61,864 nt of DNA, filler included, from 13 parts of 13 records of this genome joined end to end with filler, not necessarily neighbours in it, one strand, 5' to 3'; shown: positions 22,650 through 36,808, counted from the first letter of the whole stretch. A program made the numbers and translations. The notes: generated by a model from the letters alone, not told the origin.

Positions 22650-25600
22650 TGTGTGGTCGAGAGCCGATGCACCTACACAGCCGGAGATGTCGACAACGGA
22701 ATTCTGGAGTCATGCATAGCGTCAAGTTTTGCTGCCTGTTCGGGGATCGACGTGGATGCGAGCAAATCCGAATGTCTAGCAGCTGGAGCATGTACCTATA
22801 GCAGCCTTGCACCGTGTGCAGCTGCAGACGTAGCGAGTTGCTCTGCCGCCAATATTATGACCACGGCGTGTACAGGCACAGCGAGTGAGGTAGCTGCAGC
22901 ATGTTCGGATGCTGCATATGAGGACGAAGAGGTGTGCGCTAATGCAGCAGAGACGTGGACTGCAGCCCACACGCCTACTTGTGACCGGGACGAATCCACA
23001 GATGGGACAGGTGCATGTCCAGTAGGATGTGATAGTGTGACCGCTGGAGCGGATGCAGACCAAGCGTCATGCGAAGGTGCAGGAGATTGCACATACACTG
23101 CCCAAGACACAGAAGCCGGTATTTTTGAAAGCTGCGTTGCATCTGATATTGCTGTCTGCGAAAGTGTTTCTGTCGTAGCCAATGAGTCTACTTGCTTGGC
23201 TGCCGGTGCATGCGTATACAACAGACTGCAGCCGTGCGCTGCCACTGATAAGGCAGTTTGCGAAGCTGTCGATGTAAGTGGCAGCGATGCCGCCGCTGAC
23301 CAAGCGTCTTGTGAGGCAGCTGCGAGGTGTTCATATACTGCTGCAGATGCTGGCAATGACGTTGAGGAGGCCTGCACCGCCATGCATGACTACGTGTGCA
23401 GTAGCCCAGATGCAACACAAGAATCGTGCACAGGCGGTGGTGGATGTACGTATACAGCAATTGTACCGCAAGGCGAAATTGTAGCTCAAGTCGAATTCAG
23501 CAACTCTCAAGTGGAGATGTTTACAATAGCCTTGGAGCTATCGGTAATGATGTGGCTGCGCATGCCGGATCCCGATACACCTGAAGCTCTGGCTGGTATT
23601 GAGGCAGCAGTACACGATGAGATTACAGACCTCTTGCAAGTAGACGACTCTCGAGTTCGAGTCGCTGCAGCAGGCGTCAAATTTGCTGACGACATTCTAC
23701 AAAAGTTTACAACTGACGTGTTGTCATCAAGTACCTACATTGGTGGGCTGCCGATGGCTCAAGTGGTCACTGCGCTTGAATTGCATATCGAGTCTTTCGT
23801 TGGTTCCGATGTCGTCGAAACAAATCTGTTTTCACACTCCAGCGTGCTTACGATATCCGTGCGTATCGACATCGAAACAGGGTCGGCTTCAGCTGTTGAG
23901 TCTTGGACCGGAAACTCAATCTTGGCGGATGCAATTGCAGCAGGGCTCTCGGCGCCGCATGCTGACGTGAATGTAACTGCCCTATGGCAAGGAGCTGCAG
24001 AGGCAGGTGAGCAACCTTTCGTGACAGCAGAATTTGTGTGGCTAGTGTGCTCGGGAGTGCTTGATGTGTGTGCAAGTACCGCACACGATTGGGACATGGA
24101 AGATTCTCTGGATAAGCAGGTCATGGCCGAAACGCTATTTCCCGGTCTAAATCCGGCTGCTGATACCGATGCCATGCTAACACTTTATGAAGATGTGAAC
24201 GTGACTACGACGATGGTCCTAGCAGCACAGCTGTCGAACACGTGCTTACCACCCGACACGTGCTATCCAAGTCACAGTGTCGAACTAGTCAGGGCGTTTC
24301 TGGCGGACTCGTATGCAGTGGCGACAGTTCTCTCCAGCTTTCCTTCGTTCACAGCAAGCTGGGGTAGCCAAGACGTTCAGATCGTGGCTGCCCATGCATC
24401 AGTCGTGTTGGTGTCACAGGAGCAGCCTGAGGCGCTGCAACAACACTCAGACCCATGTGGAGTCGGAGTCAATTTGACTCAACCGCGTGGCACGATCACT
24501 TTTTCGAGCTCTGTGTGCAAGTTCAACTGCGACTGCGTCTGGAGAATCCAATGCCCAGATCGCGAAGTGAACGAGCTTGGGACGATTCGATATTACGATG
24601 ACCAAGGAGTGTCGCTTGAATTCGAGCAATTCAGCACAGAGTCTTACTACGACACGGTGACGATATACGACGCGGTGCAAATGACATCCACGCAGCTCAC
24701 GCCACCCATGAGTGGCTCTAGTCGACCCCATGGGTCTATTTCATCTGACTCATCGACAATGATTGTCCGCTTCATATCCGACGCCTCAGATGCAGAAACA
24801 AATGAATTCAACGCATCGTTTACCTGCGGCCGTGGGTCAGGACCAGTTCGAATCAGCGTAACCTTTGTGCCTGCTGTGGCTGAGTCAGGCCCTCCCGCAA
24901 AAGAACTTTATAGCTCGTTTTATCACCTGTCGAGAATCACCAACAGCTCTTTATACCTTAAGCCGCATCTATCCAAACTACTTTTCGCTAAGCCTGATGC
25001 GGACAACACCACAGAGTTGACGCCTGAATATGCTTGCCGCAGCCGATATAATGTTTACCTGGATGACGATGGTGTTTGCGACGCACTGGTCACGTCTGGG
25101 ATGAGTTGTGACCTGTACTTCTGCGCCACTTGCATGTACGCACACTACTGTGACAGCTCGTGTGGATTCTGCGAAGATGTCGCGTTCAAGTCGCGTCGGG
25201 TCGTGACGCCAACGTACGGGTCGTATTCTCCGCGTGAGGACCTGTACTCGAAAGCAGCAACCGCATTTCTGCCTTGGCAGACGTCCTCGGCACCTTGGAC
25301 ATCAACTGCGTACAGACGGGTGCTGACGGAAGATGCGGAGGCGTGCGATGCTGTACCACCTCCAGCTCATGGAAGCGCCGGTGATTGTACGGATCCACTA
25401 CTGAGTGGACGCACTTGCCGTCCTGCATGTGACACCGGCTACATCGTGTCAGGAGATGTTCGATGCCAGGACGGCGCCCTTACGCTCGCCAATTGCAGCT
25501 TGCACGACGCTGCTCTTCTGGCTACATTTGTGGTGGATATTGGCCAGGACAACATCCTAGAAAGTCACATCAAGATGGGGCTGAGTGCACTACTATCTGG

Positions 25601-28600
25601 CGTAGCTCAAGATCGGATTCGGCTGGTGTCGATCGACCACGGTTTTGAGGACAATAGTACTATCACCTTGGCTATTGCTTCCGCGTTGACAGAAGATCAA
25701 ACATCCGCGTTCGAAGCTATCAAAAGTCTACAAGCAGACTTACGGGCTTCCCCGACCTTGACCATTGGAAATGCAGCTCCAGCAGCGAGTGCTCAGACGA
25801 TCGTTGTGGCATATCCAACCTGCAGTGACACCGACGTCGAGACTGCTGGAAGGCAGCCATTTTTGTCAACCGCTTGTGACGAAGGACTAGATTTGTTGCC
25901 ACTGGAATCCTTGTCCACAGCTGTGTGTGACACGGCTGCATGCTCTAGCAGCACATGCTGTGAAGCTCCATGGTACTTCGCATTTGGTGTCTCGGATCCA
26001 CTATCAGCTGAGCTCCTGAGCATATCCATCGACGAAGTTGATGTGGATCTAGCGAACATTGTTCAGGACGAGGTCACTGTTGTCTACGGCACCGGCCGTG
26101 TTGACATTGTCGTAGTTGGTGAGAGTCCGCGCTCCTCTTCAAGTGTAGAGCAAAACCAGGTGATTGAAGCAAACGTCACCCTAGCTATCGGTGGCTCACT
26201 GGGTGCTACTTCATTTGCTGATGAAGTCGTTCCGAAGGTGCTATCTGACAGTTCCAATTATACTTCGACTCGTGTGCACCGCTATTCACGCGACACGTTT
26301 GAGCAGATTCGTTCATTTGACCGCTCAGATTACACTACTTCCATCACTCGATTCCAACAATCGACCATCATTGAAGTCGGCGTTGTGACACACCTTTGCT
26401 CAGTATGTATTGCCACTGCCGCCGATGCGTGTGCGTCTGCAACCATTGGCACAAGTGATGTCGATGCCGATCGAGAATCTTGCGAGTCGGCTGCCGATTG
26501 CACATACACCCCTGCGGATGCGGGCAACAATGTTGCTGAGTCTTGTGAAGCTACTGATCTTCAGACGTGCCAGAATGTTGGCGTTGATGCTGCCAAAGAG
26601 GCTTGCACAACTGGGGTAGAGTCGGCAACAAGTGGCTGTACATACATTGCTCAGGTCTGTGACGCCGAGGATATTCATTTTTCGAAAGGGGTGGGAGATT
26701 CGTCTGTCGCGCAGATAAAGGATGCGATGGAAGCGTTGCTTGATGCGTCGGACAGTGAAGCGCTGCTCGGTCTATCCATTGCAGATGTTCGGGGCTCACA
26801 GTTGCGTACGGATTGCTTCGACAATCCGGATGGATGGCTCGACGGCTTCAATACCGACTGCGCCACATATGTCGGTTCGGACTATTGTACTGCGGATGGA
26901 AGCACTGAGCTACCGGGAATATGCTACAACACAATCGATGTTTGTGGTCCTGGTCACGGCAATGGATGGGACCCAAGCTGGGGTACGATTCAAGCGAACG
27001 GTAACTCAGATGGTGATCATGCCCTGTCCTCGTGTTGCGGCTGCGGCGGTGGCCGCATTGAATATCTTGGCGGGGTGGTGTTTTCTCTGGCCTTGCAGAC
27101 GAACTATGATATTGCGCCATTGCTGGGTGGCGATGCGTTTGCAACGAATCTGGCGACAGCTCTTGCTGCGGCCACAGTTGCGGGGGAGCTAGGCAGTGAC
27201 GCAACACTGATGTCAGTGATACACGAAGTCACGAACATCGATGCAACTCTACTAGTTGAGACTGACACAGTTGGCGGAGAAGATGCACTAGAATTCCAAG
27301 CGCTGCTAGCCTACAACTTTCAGATTTCTGAACGGTTGCTGGAGCACATTAATGAGTTTGGTGCTGCTGTCGGCGTGTCAGCTGCATTTTCATCAGTAAT
27401 ACATGTTTCAGATGTTGTGCGACCCGCTTCTTGCTGCGAGTGTGAATGTGTGGACAAAATTCAAGACTGTGATGAAATTTGGGTGCCGGCCTTGTGGGCT
27501 GGGGATGGCATGTGCGACGAAGGTCAAGTGTTGACCGAATTTGGTGCAGTTGCCAATCTGCAATGTGAAAAATACGCCAACGATCTCGGCGACTGTGATG
27601 CTGTTGAATACGCGAAGTGTGAAAGTGTGAAGGCCGAACGATGTACGTCACACGTCCTGCTCGATGGCTACACAGGTACAAGGATAGAATTGTTAGGTTG
27701 CACGGACAACAGTGCGCCAAATTTTGACCCCAACGCAAGGATTGATGATGGGAGCTGTGAAACATGGGTGGTGCTGGTTACGGGCTGTATGGACTCTGAT
27801 GCATTCAACTATGACCCTGCCGCAAACATTGAGGATGGTAGTTGCATTCCAAGGGTGTACGGCTGTACCGAAGTGGAAGCTTACAATTACGTGCAAGCGG
27901 CCAATACAAACGACGGCAGCTGTGTTCCAACATTGAGAGGGTGCATGGACCCAGAGTCACTCAACTTCGATAACCGTGCTAACTCTGATGATGGCAGTTG
28001 TGACCGAGATCCATGCTTGATTGACCTTGATGACTGTCATCACAATGCATCCTGTTTTCACTCAAATGTACCTGGAAATTACCAGAAACAGTTCGTCGAC
28101 GTCAACATGCGGGACTATGATATGTCTGACAATTGTGTTGTACTGTACAATGGCACATCAATATGTGGGCCGGACGAGTATGAGGTCACTATCTATTCGT
28201 ACGAGTTCACGTACACACGAGTACCTTATTTTCGGGACTACGGCGTGGATGAAGCTACCGATGGTCCTCCGAGACTGTATCCTTCCATCTCAGACGGTAT
28301 CTTTACGGAAGGACCGCAATTCAGCAACGGCAGTACCTTCGCTTGTACATGCAATCGTGGCTCCGTTGGCAACGGCACCTTTTGCACAACAAGGCTACAC
28401 CACATTGCCGTTGAAGCAGATGCGTTTGCGCCAGCAATGGCAGGATATAGTGGTGGCACAGCTCAAAGCGCCGCGTTTGATGGATCTCCGGACACATATC
28501 TCACAATCCCTGATTATGCATCTGGCCTTCTTCACGGTGAATCCTTCAGCGTCTCGATGGTCGCATTTTTCACGGAGGGCTACACCGGTCGCTGGCGGGC

Positions 28601-29549
28601 GCTGTTCAGTAAGGGTGGCGGGGCGCAGGATCGGTCGCCAGCACTTTTCATGCGCCCAGTTGACACGTACATGCGAGCGTTCATAGCCACAGATGGAGAA
28701 GACTACTGTTCACTGAGCAGTGCTTACTCGTGCGTAACGAAAACGAATATGCGAATGCGAGAGAATCGCATTTACCATGTTGTCTATGTCATAGAGGCCG
28801 GCGAACTGAGCTTTTACGTTGATGGTGTATTGAGATCTCGTACCGGTTTGCCGACCTTAAGCTGTCAGCCCGGCGCCATGTGTACTGTGGACGGAGACGT
28901 TAAGTCTTGTTCATCCGATCGGACGGGTTATGGAACCAAAGCATCTGACGGCAGCTGGTACCGAATCAAACCCATCGATGGTTGCACGGAGGGCTCCGCC
29001 TGCCCGTGCGAACCCGCGGCAGTAGCGGATACCATCGTGCGTGAAGGGCCACTGTACATAGGATCGGACCCGTGGAATGATGGTGTCGCCGGTTACATTA
29101 AGGCGTTTAGCGTGCATGCGACGGCTTTGGATGCAGAAGAAGTTGTTGCTCTCTTCTTAGACGATTTGCCAATTTATGGCTGCACAGATCTGGAAGCTTT
29201 CAATTACAATGAGCAGGCAAACAAAGACGATGGAAGTTGCATCGCAAAGACGTACGGATGCACAGACAGACTCGCTGAGAATTTCGATGCGGCTGCAAAC
29301 ACAGAAGACGGTACTTGTGATCTGAATCCATGTACTGTAGGCGAACGTCAACCGGAGTCGTGCATGGCGACATACTTGGCAGCCTGTGCCGCGATACCGT
29401 ACACAGCAGATGCATCGACGTGCACGGGTGCTGGTTCATGCACTCATACAGAACCGTACTCCTGTGTGGCGATTGGCCGCGACGCTTGCTCATCAGTAGA
29501 GCTCGGTAGTCTTGATGCAGCAGCAGACCGAACAGTGTGCGAGTCCGCG
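22650..29549 (+). CDS. Giant Cys-rich extracellular protein fragment (>2300 aa): Cys repeats, CUB, GCTD..DDGSC repeats, EGF-like, LamG; open at both ends
   Basis: Uninterrupted frame across the whole contig. CUB (~24450-24830: CVWRIQC, FSTESYYDTVTIYD, MIVRFISD). Six GC[TM][DE]...N[YF]...A...DG[ST]C repeats. LamG (~28480-29150: YHVVYV, FYVDG, LYIG). Confidence 0.9.
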
Positions 29550-29649
29550 NNNNNNNNNNNNNNNNNNNNNNNNNNNNNNNNNNNNNNNNNNNNTTAATTA
29601 ATTAANNNNNNNNNNNNNNNNNNNNNNNNNNNNNNNNNNNNNNNNNNNN

Positions 29650-32600
29650 GGCTGGACTATCCTGCCTCGAATGACTTTGCCACGGAGCGGGTGCACCGGT
29701 TGTGTGCTGCCAGATGGACGTTTTCTCGTAAGCGGTGGTTTGGCTGTGGACAGGTCTGCGTCGTCTGCATTCATCCCGACGGCATCCTGTGAGTGTTTTG
29801 ATCCACAGGTTGGGGTCTGGTCAGCGTTTGCACCCCTCAGTATCCCTCGAACAGGACACTGCATGACAGTGGTAGGGGAGAGCGTCTTGGTCACTGGTGG
29901 GTGCACGCACGATTCATCAACGGCCGGCCATGACTGGCTAAACTGGCAGCAACATCGGCCAAAGGCACTGTCTTCGGCAGAACTTGTTGATGTCACCGGT
30001 GCCTCCTCCATCGCGCCTGATAAGCCAGGGCAGTGGAAGATCTTGCCACATCCCATGGCACACGGACGGGCGGAGCATGGGCTGGCTTCCGATCATAGCT
30101 TGAGGAACCGACCTGTACTGGACGTTCTCGGCCGACTCGGACGCCATGGAAGCTACATGAGGAAGCAATTTGAAGTTGGTCAATTTGAAGAGAAATATAT
30201 GTGCATGGATATGTCTGACCCGATTTCACAGAGGAAGTGGATTGTGGATCCAAATGCACAAGGCACTGCTCGTGCGATGGAGTTTGAGGAGCGAACGATA
30301 GGAATCAATAAGCCAGGTCACGGTCGCATGGTCAAGAAAGAGAAGTATGAGACCTATCGTGATCGCCTCACCTTCGCTTTGATGGGGGAGTGCAACTTTG
30401 AGGAACAAAGGTGCTCGATAATCGAAGAGCTTCTGACATGGGGTCCCGGCGCAGATGTGCAAGCCTGCACGGACGATCAAAGATGCACGCCCCTGTACTT
30501 TGCCTGCGGTAGGAACAACCTAAAAACGGCAGAGCTGTTGCTGAAGCACCGAGCTAATCCTGACGTGACTGGACCTAAGGGACCGAGACCAATCGAGATG
30601 GCAGCATTGGGTGGCCACGCAGGAATGATTGAGCTTCTCTTCGCATATGGCGCTGATCCTGAGGCCACACCGTCGGCAGACGTTTGGTTGCAACGGTCGG
30701 ATACGATGCTAAACTTGCTGATTAAGCACGCACTGGTGGAACAGCATGCCAAGTGTGTGGAGCTTCTACGCAAGAAGAAGCAAGAGCTTGCGGATGCCGC
30801 CGGAGTTCCGGTGTCAGCAGAAATTCCACACAAGAATTGCGTCATGCTGACAATCGTGGATACCGTCACTGATGCAGGCACAAAGCCCGCTCAGGACTAT
30901 CAAGCTCGACAGCAGTCATCTATGCAACTGGGAAAGTGCATGGATGCTTACGCCAAATCACGACACGCCGAGCGCGCCGACATCAAATTCAGTTACCAAG
31001 GTGCTCTCCTGGTAGATGACGATTTGACGCCTGACGATTTGAAGATCAAGAAAGCAGCTACCATCCACGCAACATTTGACTCAACAAGAATGAAGAGTGC
31101 GGCGCAGGCTCAGCTGCAGAACGTGAAGGCCGTCTGCATCGAACAGTTGCACACTCCAGGAAAGGATACGGCCGGACCACTCTCCCGAAAGTACAATGGT
31201 GTGTACTCGAAGGTGGGTGAGCACGATGGTTGGCATTACTTTCGGAATGCGCGAGGCATGCACTTGTCTCGTTGGTCTGCTACGAACAAATGGATCCTCT
31301 ACGGTACCAAGTTCAATTCGCCGCGGGGCTCTTATTTTGCATTCGCTAACCCGATTGGTGGTGAGATCCCGGTCGGAATCAATGACTGGTCGGTCTGGCG
31401 GTCCTCGCAGAAGAACTGGAAGGCTATGCCAGTGGTGACGTCGCTGCTCACTTTGGATGGCGAGGCGGAGGAGCACAGCAAGCGCATCCTAAGAGAGCTG
31501 GATGCGGTGTGTCAGGCCGAGGCACAGGTACAGCTCTCTGACGTCAAGGCATGTGTCGTGGACGGGCTAGGTGAAGAGTGGAACGGTCTTTATGTAGCGA
31601 CAGCAGCTGTTGAGGATGGTCTGGAGAGCGGCAACCTCAAGCACTTTCAGAGGCAAGGCGGGGATTGTGATCGGTTCCTCTACCGCAATGTATTTTGGGG
31701 GCAATGGGTGTTTGCAAGAGCGTTTGATCCGCTGGGCAAAGCTCGGTTCGCCACCACACCTAGTGCAAGGACGGAAGGCACGTTGCCTGTCGGGAAGACA
31801 GGCTGGTCAAAATTCTCAAAGTCAAAATTTGTGGATGTGGCGATAACCATCTCGCTCGTCAAAGATGAGCTTGAGCTGCAGGATTTGGTAGCCAAGGAGC
31901 ACGAGCGAGAGCTGCAGCGACAGTGGGATCTCAAGCCACCCACTGCAGTGCCTTCGTTTGCGGTCGGAGATAAGTGCAGGCTACACAGCCTCCGAGGGCG
32001 ACCGGAGCTCAACGGTCGTGTCGGCACGATCCGAAACCTTTTAAGTGATAGAGGTCGCTGGAAAATCGGTTTGCATCCTGTACAATTGCCAGGAGCAGTA
32101 ACCGCGCCCGCAGCCACAGTGCAATCGATGGCAGTGAAATCAGCCAATCTCCTTCCGGCACACGCACCTTTGGTCGCTTCGTGCGAGCTGTCGTCTGAGC
32201 TGCTCGAGCATGCAAAGGACGATCCGTATTGCAAAGGCTGTGCAAATCGTTGCTGCACCGTGATCCAAAAGGTGCTTGCTGACGACGACCATGCCCAGTT
32301 CGTATACGACCATGACGGGGCTGCTGCAGCCCAAGCTGCACTCGAGGCGCTGCCCCAAAAGGAGCAAAGATCCCGTGCTGCGGCGCTGCAGGAGCAGCTT
32401 TTCGCGGCAATTATGGGTTATGACCATAAGCAGCTACGGCAGTGCCTAGCCGCCTGCCGAATTGGGCTGGACGTTGATAGGCCCGAGCCGGGTGACCCGT
32501 CCCGCTGCACACCACTAATCAGGGCGTGTATACGTGGTAACTTGGTTGCAGTCGAGATGTTGATCTCAGAGGGCGGGGCTGATGTGAACTGCTCCCCCCC

Positions 32601-33401
32601 TGGCCGGGATGATATGGCTCCACTAGCTTACGCCACACTGCAGAGTTGCTTACCAGGGCTTCGTGGCAACCACAAACTCTCTCTTAACCATGCAGCCATC
32701 GCGCATGTGTTGCTGAAGAACAAAGCTGATATCAACTACCGCGCGCAGGGATGCTCTCATGACGCTTTGATGGCAAGCATCCAGGGCGCGATGATACCCG
32801 GGCCGGACGGCGACCTCATCAGTGCTGAGGAAGGTACGTTCTGCCAAACTTACGGTAGAATGTAAGCAATTCTAGCACACTAACCATTGCTGTGTTTTTG
32901 GAACCATTAGGCGTAAGTGGGGGACACATTGATATGGCTCGAATGCTCATCCATGCTGGAGCAGCCATCAACCCGCCCCGCACACCTATGAGCAGCCCTC
33001 TTGCAATGGCTGCACAAGTGGGTGCCTTTGATATCGTGTCATACCTTCTGGAGAACGATGCGGACGTGAATTCACGCTGCGAGGCGGGTGGAAACACACC
33101 GCTGATGGTTGTGCTCAGCAAGGTGGGACGGGATCCCACCATGACCCCGACGGCAGAGCTGATCGCATTTGACATTGCTGCCGAGCTAATCGAGGCGGGG
33201 GCAGATGTGAACATCGTCAACCATAACGGTTTTAGTTGCCTTCACGAGGCGAGTGAGTACGGCTACGACAGGATTCTGAAGCTTATGCTGAGCAAAGGTG
33301 GCGATGTGGAGCTCAAGCTGCCCAGAGGACAGCACACAGCATTTCATTTGGCCTGCGAATCCGGGCACTTCGGCTGCGTGCAGCTGTTGGTGCGCGCAGG
33401 C
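29650..33401 (+). CDS. Multidomain Kelch + ankyrin + SUMO-like + ankyrin protein fragment, intron 32834-32910, open at both ends
   Basis: Kelch motifs (LVSGG, ECFDP..W, RTGH, LVTGG). Ankyrin motifs (TPLYFAC, TPLIRAC, SPLAMAA, SCLHEAS, TAFHLAC). SUMO-like segment 30841-31080. The intron has a CACTAAC branch site and restores frame. Confidence 0.85.
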
Positions 33402-34102
33402 NNNNNNNNNNNNNNNNNNNNNNNNNNNNNNNNNNNNNNNNNNNNTTAATTAATTAANNNNNNNNNNNNNNNNNNNNNNNNNNNNNNNNNNNNNNNNNNN
33501 NGAACTCACGAGCCGCTCGTGAGTTCGCGCGCGGTCTCTTGCATCCTTCTTGTAGTTGACTCAGTACGAAAACCTTGTGCATCTCCAGCGCTACCGATGC
33601 GTTACGTCCGTCCCATACTCCGTTGCGGATGTAGTTTTCTGAATGCTCATCTCGTGCGTCTACGAGCATGCCGTGCATTCCCCAACCGCCAGATGCACCT
33701 CTAGGTAATACCCGGCTGGCGCACTCATCGCGCGACGCTATGGTCCCTCACCTTAACACGGCTGCGGCAGCAGGACGCGCCCATCGAGTGGTATCGCCGC
33801 GTCGCACCCTACATCAACCACTTCTGCATCTCCGGGATGTGCGCGACCTGGTGGCGGCCGGAACCACTTGCACATACAAGCATGATTCGAGGTACACTTT
33901 CCTAATAGGACAGTATTGGCAAGAATATCTGCTGAACGCACGTATAGGCTAAGAAAACTATTGGCACTTTTCTCAGCTGAGAAAACTGTTGACAAAACGG
34001 ACAGATTGAGAAAAACCGCTATTAATTTCTCGCTTATCACAGTTTAATCACATCTTCATTCTCGACGTTTTACTAACTTTTTCCTTTTTGCTGTTGGGCC
34101 TA

Positions 34103-36724
34103 TCACATTCCGAGCGTTTCTTGTGCAAAGGCAATCAATTGCGCATCAGTTGGTAGCGATAGGCCCACTGAGCCAGCCTCCGGCCCACCACCTGCATATT
34201 TGGCTTGCGCAGCAGCCGCTGCGACCGTGACTCCACATGGTAGCGACGCGTTGCCACCTGGAGTGTAGTAGCTGTTTTTGGCCAACAACCAGCTGTTTGC
34301 CATGGAGCCTGCAAGGTCTTCAGCATCACATCCGAAGTTGCCAATCTTGTTCTCACATGGCCCATGTAGATTGCTCCTCGGAGACCCACGACAGCCTGCG
34401 ATGATACACTTGTTGCTGGTGTAGTTGGAGCGATGTCCGAGGGGGAACCCACCACCGTTTATACAGTTCTGCCCATCGTAGGCATTCACCACCACCAAGT
34501 TCCGCTCAAAGTTGCTATCGTGTCCGCCGTAATCCATCTTGACTCCATCCGACGAGTACCAGAAATTCTGGAAAGTGTGGTACCAACTTGAACCATCGTC
34601 ATTGTCAAACGACTGTGACCCACCGTAATCTGCTGAAATGAAGTTCCGCGAGATTTCGTTCGTGAGCGGCTCAAAGGATGGGGACCCATGCCGGAACGTG
34701 GTAAGGAACGGCAGCCGATCCCAGGAGTTCAGCGGACCGTGATCACCAGACTCCCGGCACGTGTTCCAAATTATATTGCCGGTGACTTCGTTGCCACCCC
34801 CAAACCCGTCTGTGGAAAAAAAAAAGATCAGAGGTAGCCACAGTTGACGTCAGGCAGGGAGAATAGCGACAGTGGAGTGTACTGACCGTTAAAATTGATC
34901 GCCGCACGCGGGAGATTAAACACAATGTTGTCGACGATCTTGGTCAGGCAGCTCTTTGCTTGAAACCAGAACGAGCTTTGCTTTTCAAAGATTCCAAGCT
35001 CACCAATCAGGTTGCCGGCCAGGGTGGTGTACTGTGGCTGGTTTCCGGCAGTTGCATCGACGCCGTTCGTGTCTCCCCAGGCAGCAGCAAAGTTCATTCC
35101 TAGCCAGCGTGCCGTGTTGTTTACAATTGAGACATTCCGAGTAAAGCCAGTGAGTATGATAGCATTGTTATCCAGCCGTTGAAAGTTGCAGTTGTCAATT
35201 GACGCTCCTATTGCACCATGAATGTGCAGCGCGGCACCATGGTATAGTGACCAGTCTCCACCAGACGGAACTCCCCACCTCTCCATGAAGGTGTACGCTG
35301 CGTCGCGCCAGCCGATTCCACTAAAAGAAACATCTGTCACTGGCGCATCCTGAGAACCGTTCAGCTTAACCAGTGTCTGCAACTTCGTCGCCACCAGCAT
35401 TTTTGGCGGCCATTCCATAGTGGAATTTGGTTTTACGCGCAGCACTCGTGTGCGCTTGTCAAAGTGGTATTCATTCTCATTGTCCAATTCTTCCGCTATG
35501 TTCTCGATAACGAGCGGTGCCACGGTCGAATCTCCACCAAGAACGCCCCCGGCACTCCGCCAATTCCTTCCTCCCTGCCAACCACCCCTGGGAAATCCGG
35601 CAAAGTCGCCTGAATCTTCAAACGAAAGGTTACCTGCATGCAGATCGACAGCGGTTACCTCGAACATGTTCACAAACCACGACGAGTCCATCCATGCGTG
35701 GACGATAGCGCCCTCTGGGGTCTTCCATCTTTGCATACGAGCGTACACGTCCGAAGAACTGTTGAAAGTGACTCCAAGTGGCAACCCGAGCCAACCAGTC
35801 CGTGACATTGCAGAATCCTGCCCGGCTCCGCCTCCTGCACAGTGCTCACCACACCAGTAACTCGACCCTGCGTTGGCAGGATTCGAGTCCGGACTTGCCC
35901 ACAGCTTGCAAGGGCCGCCCGTGCCCATTGAGTACTCGTACGTGGTACAGTTGCGAGTCGACCCAGCACACGCCTTCCCGCCTTGCGTTGCGTTGAAAAA
36001 GTATTGGGTTGGCAGGTCTTTGTTCGGTGGCTGCCACCAGCTAGCCACCGACGCCTTTGGAATAGCTGCTGCCCTGTTGATCGAGACATTCACGTCACCA
36101 CCCCACCGCTCTGGTGTCGTGTATGCCGGTCCGATATCCAGGCACTCGTTGGTCGAGCATAGCCCCCATAAGTCGGTCTCCCAGTTGCCATTTGGGTAAC
36201 GGGCTCGGACTAGTCGAGACGCAGGAGCGTAATCAGAATGTTGCACAGTCATCAGGCCCGGTACATCTACAACCGATGGATCAGATACAGTCGCCGCATA
36301 TACACCGTTTTCCTCGCGTTTCCATTTTAGATCCGTCAGTGGCACGCCTCCAGATATCCAGGCGTCCGCACCACTGGCGGCAGCAATGCTGAATCCACTA
36401 TCGTCTGCAGTCAACGTCAGCGTCTCGTTCAGAAAGTGAATGCCATCGTGGAGTACGATTGACTTTATTCCATGGCGTCTCGCAGCGCGCACAGCTGCTC
36501 CAACTGTGCGGTAGTACGGTAGGCCGGTGCGATCGTTGCCCCTGACAGGGTCGACATGCAACGCAGCAGGAGCCCTGCTGCCGTCGGCGATGGGTCTGGC
36601 ATTCTCGCGAGTCGTCAGGGCCGGTGCTGGCTTCTTCTTCCCACAGAGCGTATGCAGCTGCAGCGCGTCGAAAAGTTCTACCAGTGGACCACGATGTGGC
36701 TGGGCGGCTAGGGCTCTTTGATAC
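34103..36724 (-). CDS. Right-handed beta-helix protein (GH141-like putative carbohydrate-active enzyme), exons 36724-34887 and 34809-34103, 5'-truncated
   Basis: HVDPVRGND, GIHFL, ISGG, RARYPN, GGWQGGR, ENIAEELD..NEY, AINFN|DGFGGGN, NTCRESGDHGPLNSWDR, DNDDGS. Intron 34886..34810 (GTCAGT...CAG). Confidence 0.8.
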
Positions 36725-36808
36725 CTGCTCCGTTTAAAAACAACCTTGACTGGTAGGCAAACAGCTGCTCTAATAGGGTACGACCTGATCAGTGCACGTG
36801 TTCAGGCA

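Noticed and set aside
33502-33950. Short ORFs at the start of contig 8
   Set aside because: No domain, no consistent frame and no splice support.
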